A model generated the notes under the pieces. It had not been told where the DNA came from. It worked only from the letters and a program-made list of their open reading frames with translations, and searched no databases. Positions 24,827 through 33,911 of a stretch of 54,765 bases of DNA are shown one piece after another. Position 1 is the stretch's first letter. Every line of letters starts with the position of its first letter. Source of the DNA: an uncultured Candidatus Saccharibacteria bacterium (GTDB lineage Bacteria; Patescibacteriota; Minisyncoccia; Sungbacterales; HO2-52-23); contig CAYJOT010000001.1 of NCBI GenBank assembly GCA_964371935.1, positions 50,730 to 105,494 of the forward strand. Reading direction: 5' to 3'. Made by a program: the position numbers and the translations under genes.

Positions 24827-26365
24827 TCAAGAACGTTGGAATGTTTTTCGATATACCCTCCATGCGACCACACCATATAATGCAAGGACTACAAATACGC
24901 CGCTTATGCCAAGCTCAACGGTTGCGTAGGGAAACGCGGCAAAAAATTTGACTATGTCCATAATGTATTCGAGCAAAAGCCAGCTTGCGATTCCTACGGC
25001 GCTTCCCAATAGTGGCGAGAGAAACCAAGCAAGACCCATAAAAAACCCCGCTCCCATGGCATACGGCACGGCAATGAGTGCGGCGATATTGGCAAGCGGA
25101 CTTATGATCGAAAGATATCCAAAAAGATAAACCAGAAGCGGCAGGACCGCAAGCTCGGCCGCAAGCGTTTCAATGAGTAGGCGTTTTATCGTGAAAAAAA
25201 CCTGCGGAGTAGTTTCATCTTTACTCCGTTTAAGCGCACGCGACTTTTGCCGCATGCCAAAAAGTTTTGCCAGATAATCCGCACAGCGTTCGACATGCCG
25301 TTCAATTCCAGGCGAAAAATAGACAAGCCCCGTAGTCGCCAGAAACGACAATTGAAATCCAACATCAAAACGAAGAAGCGTCGGATCAAACATGAGCATA
25401 GCCGCACCCGCGAGCGCAAGCGCATTGGTCATCTGATACGGTCTTCCCTCCCGATACGCGATGAGTGCCAGTACAGCAATAATACCTGCGCGCACCGCAG
25501 ATGCTGATGCGCCAGTCATAACTACAAAAAGAATCATCGCGCTGAACGCAACCCAAAACGATGCATAGAATGGGACAGCGAGCATTGCGAGCACGGACGC
25601 AAGAGATCTTCCCACGATGGTAATATTATAGCCGGAAAGCGCCACCATGTGCGAGGTGCCGGTTTTCTTAAAACTCTCCGCAAGATCAGCAGGTAAAGAC
25701 GCACGCTCGCCGAGCAGCAAACCTTTGAGAAACGCCGCGTGCGGCTCCGGTAATGCGGCATCAATATTTTTCTCAAACGCGCGTTTGAGATTTGCAAGAC
25801 CGCGCATAATCGGCCGTTGATTGGGCGCATCTGTTTTTTCAATATGCGGGAAAAGCATAACCGGCTCCTGCATTGGCGCATTGCTTTGGTAGTTGGCATC
25901 ATCGGCGGGATCGCTTATCCTGCCAGAGAGTATAAGCTCTTCCCCTATCTCATACGCAGGATATTTTTTGTTCACGACGCGAAGCATAAACTGATCTACG
26001 GCATTGTGCGCATTTATAGAATGCGCGCGCACGAGCAGCGTCTGGCTCTGCGGGCCAAATATCGGTTCCGCCCATACTACTCCCTGCACCGTTGTTGATG
26101 TGCCGATCAGCGAGGCCACATCGGGATTGATGCGCGTTGCGGCATTAAAACGCACGATGCCCGTGAAGAAACTCACGACCATAAATCCATAGATTATCCT
26201 GCTGCGATTTTTCCTGGAAACCCCAAGCGCCAACACGATGCTTCCTGCGAGAAATCCGACAAGCACCAACGAATAGGGAATAATAAGAAATGACCGAAAC
26301 GCAACTCCGGCAATTATGGAGAAAAGCACCCAGAGAAACACACGCGATTTATGAACATCCGCCAT
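24827..26365 (-). CDS. comEC: ComEC/Rec2 DNA internalisation channel (OB/DUF4131 plus competence domains)
   Basis: 512-aa polytopic membrane protein with SHMVALSGYNITIV, a competence-domain-like motif. Confidence 0.8.
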   Translation of the reverse strand: MADVHKSRVFLWVLFSIIAGVAFRSFLIIPYSLVLVGFLAGSIVLALGVSRKNRSRIIYGFMVVSFFTGIVRFNAATRINPDVASLIGTSTTVQGVVWAEPIFGPQSQTLLVRAHSINAHNAVDQFMLRVVNKKYPAYEIGEELILSGRISDPADDANYQSNAPMQEPVMLFPHIEKTDAPNQRPIMRGLANLKRAFEKNIDAALPEPHAAFLKGLLLGERASLPADLAESFKKTGTSHMVALSGYNITIVGRSLASVLAMLAVPFYASFWVAFSAMILFVVMTGASASAVRAGIIAVLALIAYREGRPYQMTNALALAGAAMLMFDPTLLRFDVGFQLSFLATTGLVYFSPGIERHVERCADYLAKLFGMRQKSRALKRSKDETTPQVFFTIKRLLIETLAAELAVLPLLVYLFGYLSIISPLANIAALIAVPYAMGAGFFMGLAWFLSPLLGSAVGIASWLLLEYIMDIVKFFAAFPYATVELGISGVFVVLALYGVVAWRVYRKTFQRS

Positions 26366-26410
26366 CAGTAGTTAAGTGTACCAAACCTTGTTGATGCCGC
26401 AAAAGATAAG

Positions 26411-26941
26411 ATGACAAATGTGTTAATAATGTCTCTTTCTCGGTGGATACCGGAGAATTTTTTGCGCTGCTCGGACCCAATGGCGCAGGCAAGACCACGA
26501 TCATTTCTATCCTTTCCGGCCAACTTATGCGCTTATGCCCGAGCCATACAAAAACGCGTGTACGAACTTGCCGAAGTGCTTGGCATCAGCGATGCCCTTT
26601 TTGATCCCATTAAGACATTTTCGGGCGGCATGCGGCGCAAGCTTGAGATCATCCGCTCGCTTATGCACCGCCCGGCTATTTTGTTTCTGGACGAGCCCAC
26701 CACCGGTCTTGATCCGATGAGCCGCAAAAATCTCTGGGAGTATCTCCAACACGTGCGAAAAGGCAAGCGCACCACCATGTTTCTTACCACGCATTATCTC
26801 GAGGAAGCCGAAGACGCGGACCACACCTGCATCATCAACCACGGCAAAATTATCTCGCTCAGCACACCGATGAACATAAAAAGAGGACTTGTTGAAGAAT
26901 ATATCTTGATAGATGCTAAAGATCAGAAAGCACTGGTGTAA
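26411..26941 (+). pseudogene. Decayed ABC-transporter ATP-binding gene
   Basis: The Walker A ([16 protein letters not shown], about 26446-26500) is in a different frame from the signature/Walker B part (FSGGMRRKLEI...LFLDEPTTGLD). About 60 expected residues and the N-terminus are missing. Confidence 0.65.
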
Positions 26942-26943
26942 TC

Positions 26944-27442
26944 TCACTAATCGAAGACCGGGAAAACGATTTCAGCCAGGCGGTATTTGTAGCGCCGATC
27001 TCTCGTTACTCCATTATTCTCGGAAAAATCCTTGGCGAATCGCTTGTCTCGCTCGGCCAAGCCATCGGCATTATTGTTTTCGGACTCATTCTGGGAGTGC
27101 CACTTACCACTGGAACATTGTTTGCACTCATCCCCGCCGTTATTATTGCCTGTTTTCTCGGCGGCGCATTCGGCATTTTCGTGCTTGCCAATCTTGGCAC
27201 CCAGCGGCGCGCAAATCAGGTATTCCCGCTCGTCATTTTCCCGCAATTCTTTCTTGCCGGCGCCATTAACCCCATTCAAAACCGCCTGCCCATTCTCTTT
27301 TTTCTTTCACGCATCACCCCCCGAATACGCAAAAACCGTGCTCTACAGCACGGTCACAAATCTCCTGGCCATCACGATATTCTTCACCGCTTTCCTGGCC
27401 CTCGGCACCTACTTTTTCGTGAGGAATGAAAGGAGTAAATGA
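26944..27442 (+). pseudogene. ABC-2-type permease fragment, N-terminally truncated and frameshifted
   Basis: An open frame without a start codon reads ...FVAPISRYSIILGKILGESLV...VFPLVIFPQFFLAGAINP. The last TM segment (TVLYSTVTNLLAITIFFTAFLALGTYFF) is in another frame. Confidence 0.55.
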
Positions 27443-27489
27443 TTTTCTATCACTATGTTGTTCGATCGGTCAGAATAGTGATAGAAAAT
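27442..27489 (+). terminator. Perfect 15-bp inverted repeat (ATTTTCTATCACTAT / ATAGTGATAGAAAAT), terminator-like
   Basis: The arms are 27442-27456 and 27475-27489 with an 18-nt loop, followed by TTT. Confidence 0.5.
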
Positions 27490-27596
27490 TTTGTAGAGAA
27501 ACCCGACCGAGAAATTAAGAAACTCCGTACGCGCTGCGCACAGAGTTAGTGTTCTTCAAGGTACCCTGGAGCATACAATGAAAAAAGTTTTAGAAA

Positions 27597-28025
27597 CTAT
27601 CCCTCGCGTATTCTGTATTCATCGCGTTCTTTCCTAAAATCGATTAGTACCCGCACCATCTCCACTACACGTTTTTGCTGTTCCGGAGACATTGCATCTT
27701 CCATGAATTTTAATAATCCCTCAAACTTCTGTCTTAAATCCTCGCCGGACATTTTTTTTATTTCATTCAATTTACTTCTCACTTTAGCTTCTTCCTCGGT
27801 TTTTGGTTTACACGCACGAAAATAAAAATCATCTACAGAAAGACCAAGAAACATCGTCAGCTGAAAGTATTGACGGGATTTGAGTTCGATACTTTGAGCT
27901 TCAAACTGCGCAAGTGTCTGCTCATTGATACCAGTCAGTAGTGCAAGCTCAAAGATTTCCATATTCATTGCTTGCCTTCCTTCTTGTGCAATCTGTCCCA
28001 GTGATTTTTCTTCATTCGTGCCCAC
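27597..28025 (-). CDS. XRE-family helix-turn-helix protein
   Basis: FELALLTGINEQTLAQFE is HTH-like. The rest is coiled-coil. Confidence 0.55.
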   Translation of the reverse strand: MGTNEEKSLGQIAQEGRQAMNMEIFELALLTGINEQTLAQFEAQSIELKSRQYFQLTMFLGLSVDDFYFRACKPKTEEEAKVRSKLNEIKKMSGEDLRQKFEGLLKFMEDAMSPEQQKRVVEMVRVLIDFRKERDEYRIREG

Positions 28026-28089
28026 TGCAGCTCTCCTCTTTTTTAAATAACAAACGCATAGCTACAGGAAACCACCTATTCAAAAAAAG

Positions 28090-28611
28090 TCAATACTCCA
28101 ATCCTCGCTTCCCCTTGATCCCTTTCGCGTATGGATGCTTTACGTCCCGCATCTCGGTGACGAGGTCGGCTTTCTCGATGAGCTCGGGCAAGGCATCGCG
28201 GCCGGTCAGAATCAGGTGTTCGATCTTGTCTTTGACCTCATCGACGAATTCCAGCACGTCCTCTTTCAATAAAAGCCCGAGTTGGAGAGCATTATTGATC
28301 TCGTCAAGGATCAGCAGATTCCAGTTGCCGGTTGCCGCTTCTTTTCGCGCATACTCAAGCGCATCATCCGCGGCCCGTTCATGCTCCTCACGCGGCAGCG
28401 TGTCTCCTAAAATCCCCACAAATCCTTTACCCATTTTGACGAGCTTGAAACTGGGCGCCAGCCCCTCCGCCAAAAAATCCTCGCCAGATTTCCACGGCCC
28501 CTTGATAAATTGCACCATCAAAACTTTCTTCCCCTCACCCACGGCCCGCATTGCCTGCCCGAGCGCCGCAGTTGTCTTGCCTTTTCCGTTTCCGGTAAAT
28601 ATGTAGAGCAT
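28090..28611 (-). CDS. cobO: Cob(I)yrinic acid a,c-diamide / cob(I)alamin adenosyltransferase (CobO/BtuR type)
   Basis: IFTGNGKGKTTAALGQAMRAVG...VQFIKG. Start at the Met at 28611; the alternative at 28629 overlaps nrdJ. Confidence 0.82.
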   Translation of the reverse strand: MLYIFTGNGKGKTTAALGQAMRAVGEGKKVLMVQFIKGPWKSGEDFLAEGLAPSFKLVKMGKGFVGILGDTLPREEHERAADDALEYARKEAATGNWNLLILDEINNALQLGLLLKEDVLEFVDEVKDKIEHLILTGRDALPELIEKADLVTEMRDVKHPYAKGIKGKRGLEY

Positions 28612-28615
28612 GAAG

Positions 28616-31381
28616 TCAGCATCCCCCATTACTGGTCCCGCACTGGAGGCATGTCTTACAGGTACCGGTTTGGATCATCATGCCGCCGCAAGAACGGCAG
28701 ATGGTGTCGGCGTATACTACGCACTTGATTTCTGCAACCGTTTCAGTGGTTTTGCTTGTCTCTTTTATCTCTACTATTTCAACGGCGTGGGCATCGGCAG
28801 AAACAAGCTCCTTAACATGCGCGCGCACGCCCAACTCTTCAAGATCAGAATCGGAAAGGAAGCGAATCGCCAAGTACCGGAAAATATAATCGGTGATGGA
28901 AGTCGCAAGCTGCACGTCCGGATTATCCGTATAGCCGGACGGCTCAAACCGCCAGTACGAAAACTTCTGCACGAGCGCTTTCAACGGCACGCCATACTGA
29001 AGCGCTATTGAGACAGTCAATCCAAGCGCCTCAAGCAACCCGGCTAACGTTGAACCCTGTTTGGACATGCGGATAAAAAGCTCGGCCAAATCCCCTTCTT
29101 CAAAAAAACTATAGGTAATGTAGCCCTCATGTCCGGCAATGGAGAATTTATGGGTTTCGGACTTGCGTGTCGCGGGCAGATGACGGCGCACGGAACGCGC
29201 AGTCGGCTCCTCCGCTTTCTTTTGATTGCCAAAGGCAGTCAGAGGCTGTGCCGCTTTTGATCCGTCGCGGTATACGGCAAAGGCCTTCAGACCCAGTTTC
29301 CACCCCATAATATATGCCTGCATGATCTCCTCAATTGTGGTCTCGCTGGGCATATTAAAGGTCTTGGAGATGGCGCCCGAGATAAACGGCTGGATCGCGG
29401 CAACCATTTTGACGTGTCCCTGCCATGAGATCACGCGGCGGCCTCCGGTTGGTTTTACCGCACAGTCAAATACCGCGAGATCTTCATCCTTGATGCCCGG
29501 TGCGCCTTCAATCGTGCCAACCCGTTCAAGATGTTCGATGATTCCGGCGACCGCATCAGCACCATATCCCAGATGCGAGAGTGCATCGGACACGGACGTG
29601 TTCACGAATTTCATAGTGCCACCACCGACTAATTTTTTATTTTTTACTAATGCGAACTCGGGCTCAACGCCGGTGGTGGCACAGTCCATCATAAGCGCAA
29701 TAGTGCCGGTGGGTGCCAATACCGTTACCTGCGAGTTGCGCACGCCGTTGCGCCTGCCAAGCGTGAGCGCCTCTTCCCATGCTTTCTTTGCCGCATCATG
29801 TATGGCGGGGTCAACCACCCGATCCTTGCGCACGCGGCTCATGGCAGCTCCATGCATCTCAATGACATTGAGCATCGGCTCTTTATTCACCTCATATCCG
29901 GCAAACGAGCCCATGCGCTTGGCAACTTCGGTTGAGTAGCGGTACGCCTCGCCGCACATGAGTGCGGTAATGGCCGCAGCGGTGTGGCGCGCGCCTTCGG
30001 AATCGTACGGAAGCCCCCAGGTCATCAGAAGCGCTCCAAGATTTGCGTAACCCATGCCCAGTTGGCGGAAATTGTGCGCGTTTTCGGCGATCTTTTCGGT
30101 GGGATAGCGCGAGCCGTCAACTATGATCTCCTGCGCCAAAATAACTATATCAACCGTGTGCACAAAACTTCTCACATCAAAACTGCCGTCGGCCTTCAGA
30201 TATTTTAACAAATTGATCGAGGCCAGATTACACGCAGAATTATCCAGATGCATGTACTCGCTGCACGGGTTTGACGCGTTGATCCTACCCGTGTTTGGTG
30301 CCGTGTGCCAGCGGTTGATGGTCGTGTCATACTGCATACCTGGGTCTCCGGATTCCCAGGCGGCCTTGGCAATCTCGTACATGAGTTCCCGGGCGCGGTA
30401 CTCGTGCGCCACTTTTCCGTCCCGGATATAACGCGTGGCAAACGTCTCATCATCCTCGACTGCCCGCATAAACTCGTCGGTCACGCGCACTGAGTTGTTC
30501 GCATTCTGATACTGGATCGAATTCCATGCCGGATCGTTGAGATCGTACATATTGTACCCGGCCATGATCAATGCCTGCACTTTTTTCTCCTCATCCGCCT
30601 TTGAGCGGATAAATTTCATGATGTCCGGATGATCCATATTCATGACCACCATTTTTGCGGCGCGGCGCGTCGATCCGCCCGATGCGATCATGCCCGCAAC
30701 CGCATCGGCCCCGCGCATAAATGACACCGGGCCGGACGATCTCCCGCCCGCAGACAAGGTTTCGGACGAAGAGCGGAGGGGAGACAAGTTGACTCCAGAC
30801 CCGGAACCGCGCTTGAAAATAACGCCCTCGGTATAGATCCAGTCAAGAATGGACTCCATATTGTCCTCAACCGCCAAGATAAAACATGCCGAGCACTGCG
30901 GCACCTCCTCCACCCCGACATTGAACCAGACCGGCGAGTTAAATGCGGCCTTTTGATGGAGCACGATATGCGAGAGCTCCGCGGCAAAGATATCGGCTTC
31001 CTGTTCATTGTCAAAATAGCCGAATTTGAGGCCCCAGCCCCGGATGACGCCCACCACGCGGCCGATCATAGACCGCACCGATGTCTCGCGCTCATCCGAG
31101 CCGATCCTGCCCCGGAAGTATTTTGACCCGGTAATGCTGGTGGCATTGTCCGACCATGTCTCGGGAAATTCAAGCTCCCGCTCCTCGGTCGTGGTATTCA
31201 TGCCGCTCCCCCGCACCGTTACTTTGATCTTCTTCCACGCGATCTGGTCGAAGGGATGCACTCCTTCTTTGGTAAACACCCGCTTCAGTGGCAACCGTTT
31301 TTTCGGATCCCCCGCTCGTGCCTGGCCCTTTGCGGCCCCCAACCCCCCCGCTGTTCTGCTCGCTATTGCCGACTTTGCCAT
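28616..31381 (-). CDS. nrdJ: Adenosylcobalamin-dependent (class II) ribonucleotide reductase
   Basis: 921 aa with NPCSEY active-site region, CNLASINL, and a C-terminal CxxC...CxxC zinc ribbon. Confidence 0.93.
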   Translation of the reverse strand: MAKSAIASRTAGGLGAAKGQARAGDPKKRLPLKRVFTKEGVHPFDQIAWKKIKVTVRGSGMNTTTEERELEFPETWSDNATSITGSKYFRGRIGSDERETSVRSMIGRVVGVIRGWGLKFGYFDNEQEADIFAAELSHIVLHQKAAFNSPVWFNVGVEEVPQCSACFILAVEDNMESILDWIYTEGVIFKRGSGSGVNLSPLRSSSETLSAGGRSSGPVSFMRGADAVAGMIASGGSTRRAAKMVVMNMDHPDIMKFIRSKADEEKKVQALIMAGYNMYDLNDPAWNSIQYQNANNSVRVTDEFMRAVEDDETFATRYIRDGKVAHEYRARELMYEIAKAAWESGDPGMQYDTTINRWHTAPNTGRINASNPCSEYMHLDNSACNLASINLLKYLKADGSFDVRSFVHTVDIVILAQEIIVDGSRYPTEKIAENAHNFRQLGMGYANLGALLMTWGLPYDSEGARHTAAAITALMCGEAYRYSTEVAKRMGSFAGYEVNKEPMLNVIEMHGAAMSRVRKDRVVDPAIHDAAKKAWEEALTLGRRNGVRNSQVTVLAPTGTIALMMDCATTGVEPEFALVKNKKLVGGGTMKFVNTSVSDALSHLGYGADAVAGIIEHLERVGTIEGAPGIKDEDLAVFDCAVKPTGGRRVISWQGHVKMVAAIQPFISGAISKTFNMPSETTIEEIMQAYIMGWKLGLKAFAVYRDGSKAAQPLTAFGNQKKAEEPTARSVRRHLPATRKSETHKFSIAGHEGYITYSFFEEGDLAELFIRMSKQGSTLAGLLEALGLTVSIALQYGVPLKALVQKFSYWRFEPSGYTDNPDVQLATSITDYIFRYLAIRFLSDSDLEELGVRAHVKELVSADAHAVEIVEIKETSKTTETVAEIKCVVYADTICRSCGGMMIQTGTCKTCLQCGTSNGGC

Positions 31382-31482
31382 AGAATAAGAGATAAAAATA
31401 CTCTTTCATCCAAAGAGGATCTTTTCGGAGGAAAGAGAACTTTTTCAGGAAAAAATTGATAAAAATTTACGCGCTAATTTTG

Positions 31483-31510
31483 ATTATACTCTCGACAAAA
31501 CTCCAGTCAA
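31483..31510 (-). promoter_or_regulatory. Candidate nrdJ promoter TTGACT-N16-TATAAT (minus strand)
   Basis: The reverse complement of 31505-31510 is TTGACT and of 31483-31488 is TATAAT. It lies about 100 nt upstream of the nrdJ ATG. Confidence 0.45.
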
Positions 31511-31537
31511 AAAAATCTGTGGATAAGAGGGCAAAGG

Positions 31538-31566
31538 TTGACTTTTTTATTAGGATATGCTATGAT
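31538..31566 (+). promoter_or_regulatory. Candidate promoter TTGACT-N17-TATGAT (plus strand)
   Basis: Divergent from the nrdJ promoter. It precedes the small ORF at 31609, which has an AAGGAG RBS. Confidence 0.45.
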
Positions 31567-31608
31567 CGTAGGTATTCCAGTGCCAAACCCCTTCAAGGAG
31601 AATGCGTC

Positions 31609-31803
31609 ATGGACGAGATTCGACAAAAGGTCATCAGGCATTATCGCGACATGGTTCAGAGAGACCCGCGGTATATGCCCACACGAATAGCAGAGTTAGG
31701 ACCCGGAGTTGTGGCTGTGGAGGATAGGGCTGGCGAGTGCGACATCAGAATCACAGAACAAATCTACCAAAAATCTATTCCGATAGGGATAAATCTTTGG
31801 TAA
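31609..31803 (+). CDS. Hypothetical 64-aa protein
   Basis: RBS AAGGAG lies 8 nt upstream of the ATG. The last 13 codons and the stop are supplied by REP-like copy 31765-31802. Confidence 0.35.
   Translation: MDEIRQKVIRHYRDMVQRDPRYMPTRIAELGPGVVAVEDRAGECDIRITEQIYQKSIPIGINLW
31765..31802. repeat. 38-nt REP-like hairpin, copy 3
   Basis: TACCAAAAAT-CTATTCCGATAGGGATAA-ATCTTTGGTA, in the same orientation as 13376-13413. Confidence 0.6.
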
Positions 31804-31818
31804 CCTATGGCCATACCC

Positions 31819-32400
31819 TTACAGAAATCCAAAAAACCTGCGGGCTGTTCCTTCTGACTTTCCTAAATCAGCAGTTTCAAGATATCGGACATAGGGGTGC
31901 ACCTCCCAAAACGAAGCGAGGAAGTCAATTTCATCTTGACAGGCGTGGGGATAGACAAACACGCTTTTTTGGAGCGGAAAACACCCAAGCGACTGGAGTC
32001 GTTTTTGAAATGCGCGTCGTGCGCTCCCCTTTTGTTCGGGAATGTCAAAGAGAATCATTCGCCATTTTCTATCCCATTCTTTCTGCGGAAACAAAAGCGT
32101 ATCTACTTCAAACTGCCGTACATATTTTTTACCGTTTTCCGTTGATCTGATATACGTTTTTTGGCCGCGTTCAATATATTCAACGAGACGCCGTTGCTGT
32201 AGGGTGCGGAGCGCCTGGCGGATTCTCTCCCGTTTATAATTTTTCCGTCTGCCTTCGCCGAGAAATGGTTTGAGAATCTCCAATGCGTTCGGCGCAACAA
32301 TCGCCGCGACAAGTATGGTTCCCGTTCCCAAACTAATCAAAATCGCCTTGGTAAGGGTTTTCACTTTTGAGTAATCATGTATACTACGCATAGAGATCAT
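31819..32400 (-). CDS. Membrane-anchored PaaX-like / Cas2-fold regulator-like protein
   Basis: N-terminal TM segment, then a winged-helix-like segment, then WRMILFDIPEQKGSARRAFQKRLQSLGCFPLQKSVFVYP (Cas2/PaaX C-terminal-like ferredoxin fold, from memory). Confidence 0.5.
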   Translation of the reverse strand: MISMRSIHDYSKVKTLTKAILISLGTGTILVAAIVAPNALEILKPFLGEGRRKNYKRERIRQALRTLQQRRLVEYIERGQKTYIRSTENGKKYVRQFEVDTLLFPQKEWDRKWRMILFDIPEQKGSARRAFQKRLQSLGCFPLQKSVFVYPHACQDEIDFLASFWEVHPYVRYLETADLGKSEGTARRFFGFL

Positions 32401-32413
32401 GATATGCGATGAT

Positions 32414-32451
32414 TACCAAAATTCTATACCTATCGGGAATTATTTTTGGTA
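32414..32451. repeat. 38-nt REP-like hairpin, copy 2 (inverted)
   Basis: TACCAAAATT-CTATACCTATCGGGAATT-ATTTTTGGTA. The loop is the reverse complement of the loops in copies 1 and 3. Confidence 0.6.
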
Positions 32452-32494
32452 ATTTTATAACCTCCAGCAGTTTCCCTGGCCAAGAGATAAAACG

Positions 32495-33616
32495 TTATCT
32501 CCTATTCCTCCGCAAAAAGGCCGGGACGGCGTCCCATGGCTCGTCGGCTTGACTCGGAGATGATTTTTCAGCGCCTGAAGCGGGACGATCAATCGGTTTT
32601 TTCATAATCTCGATCCGTTCTTCCGAGGTTGGATCGTAGGAACCCGCATCGCGGGCGGCTTGAGTCATGAAGCCGGTGGCGATCACGGTGATTTTGACCT
32701 CACCTTTTTTCAAAGTATTGTCGTGCACGGCACCAAAGATAACCTTGGCTTCGCGGTCAATGGACTCGGTAATGACTTTGGCGGCCTCGTTGATCTCCCA
32801 CATGGTCAAATCCTGCCCGCCAGAAACATTAAAGAGCACGCCGCGGGCGCCGTTGATCGAGACATCGAGCAGGGGGGAATTGATCGCGGCGCGGGCAGCA
32901 TCTACGGCACGGTCCTCACCAGCGGCAGTACCAACACCCATGAGCGCGGAGCCGGCATCTTTCATGATGGCGCGCACATCTGCGAAGTCCACATTGATGA
33001 TGCCGGGAGTTACAATCAGGTCTGAGATGCCGCGCACGGCCTGGCGCAACACGTCGTCGCAAATAGCAAACGCCTGCAGAAGCGGTGTTTCTTTGGTAAT
33101 TACGCCGAGCAGCCGGTCGTTGTGAATCGTGATCAGCGCATCCACGCGCTCTTTCAACTGTTGCCAGCCCTCTTCCGCGATCTTTGAACGCTGTACACCT
33201 TCAAAACTGAATGGCTTGGTAACCACACCGATCGTGAGCGCTCCTGCATCGCGCGCGACTTCCGCAATAATGGGTGCGGCACCCGTGCCGGTTCCGCCGC
33301 CAAGCCCACACGTCAAAAACACCATGTCCGCGCCTTTGAGCGTCTCATGGATCTCGTCGCGATTCTCCTCGGCTGCCTGGCGCCCTACTTCAGGGTTCAT
33401 GCCGGCGCCAAGGCCCTTGCTCAAATTTTTTCCAATATGGATCTTGGTACGCGCTTTGGTAAAATGAAGGTCCTGCGCGTCGGTATTGACGGTCACGAAG
33501 TCAACGCCGTTGATCTTGTGGTCAATCATGCGGGTCACGGCTTTGCCGCCGGAGCCGCCGACCCCCACTACTTTGATCCGCGCATACGTTTCAATTTCCG
33601 GTTTGAGTTGAGGCAT
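32495..33616 (-). CDS. ftsZ: Cell division protein FtsZ
   Basis: GVGGSGGKAV and GGGTGTGAAP tubulin signature. Confidence 0.98.
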   Translation of the reverse strand: MPQLKPEIETYARIKVVGVGGSGGKAVTRMIDHKINGVDFVTVNTDAQDLHFTKARTKIHIGKNLSKGLGAGMNPEVGRQAAEENRDEIHETLKGADMVFLTCGLGGGTGTGAAPIIAEVARDAGALTIGVVTKPFSFEGVQRSKIAEEGWQQLKERVDALITIHNDRLLGVITKETPLLQAFAICDDVLRQAVRGISDLIVTPGIINVDFADVRAIMKDAGSALMGVGTAAGEDRAVDAARAAINSPLLDVSINGARGVLFNVSGGQDLTMWEINEAAKVITESIDREAKVIFGAVHDNTLKKGEVKITVIATGFMTQAARDAGSYDPTSEERIEIMKKPIDRPASGAEKSSPSQADEPWDAVPAFLRRNRR

Positions 33617-33911
33617 ACATTTATTTCTTATCTTGGTACTCTACTATACTACTCACAACTTCGCAAACACCAACTTCTCCCCATGCTATCCACATGTTTT
33701 CCAGACACTTTTTCTAATAACTGCCCAAGACTTTAAGCATATTTTCCGAAAGTGCGCTAAATTACTCTTTTGATTTCTCAATATTTTCCTTGGTACCCTG
33801 ATGATGATCCGCAACCAGAGATGGATTCAAGTTAAAAATAAAGATGCTCGCGCACCTTGACCGGAATTTTTTCCATTTATCTTCCATCGCTCATATTTTT
33901 GTTTTTAACAA

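Noticed and set aside
31382-31520. An NrdR box or cobalamin riboswitch upstream of nrdJ.
   Set aside because: I could not find paired NrdR-like palindromes or the conserved B12-box. Only a sigma70-like promoter is supportable by eye.
33617-33911. A hidden gene or a palindrome-element half-site (TTTTCCAGACAC at about 33700) in the 295-nt ftsA-ftsZ spacer.
   Set aside because: There is no ORF of 60 aa or more on the coding strand. The match to TTCCAGAC is a single half-site with no partner, which is compatible with chance.
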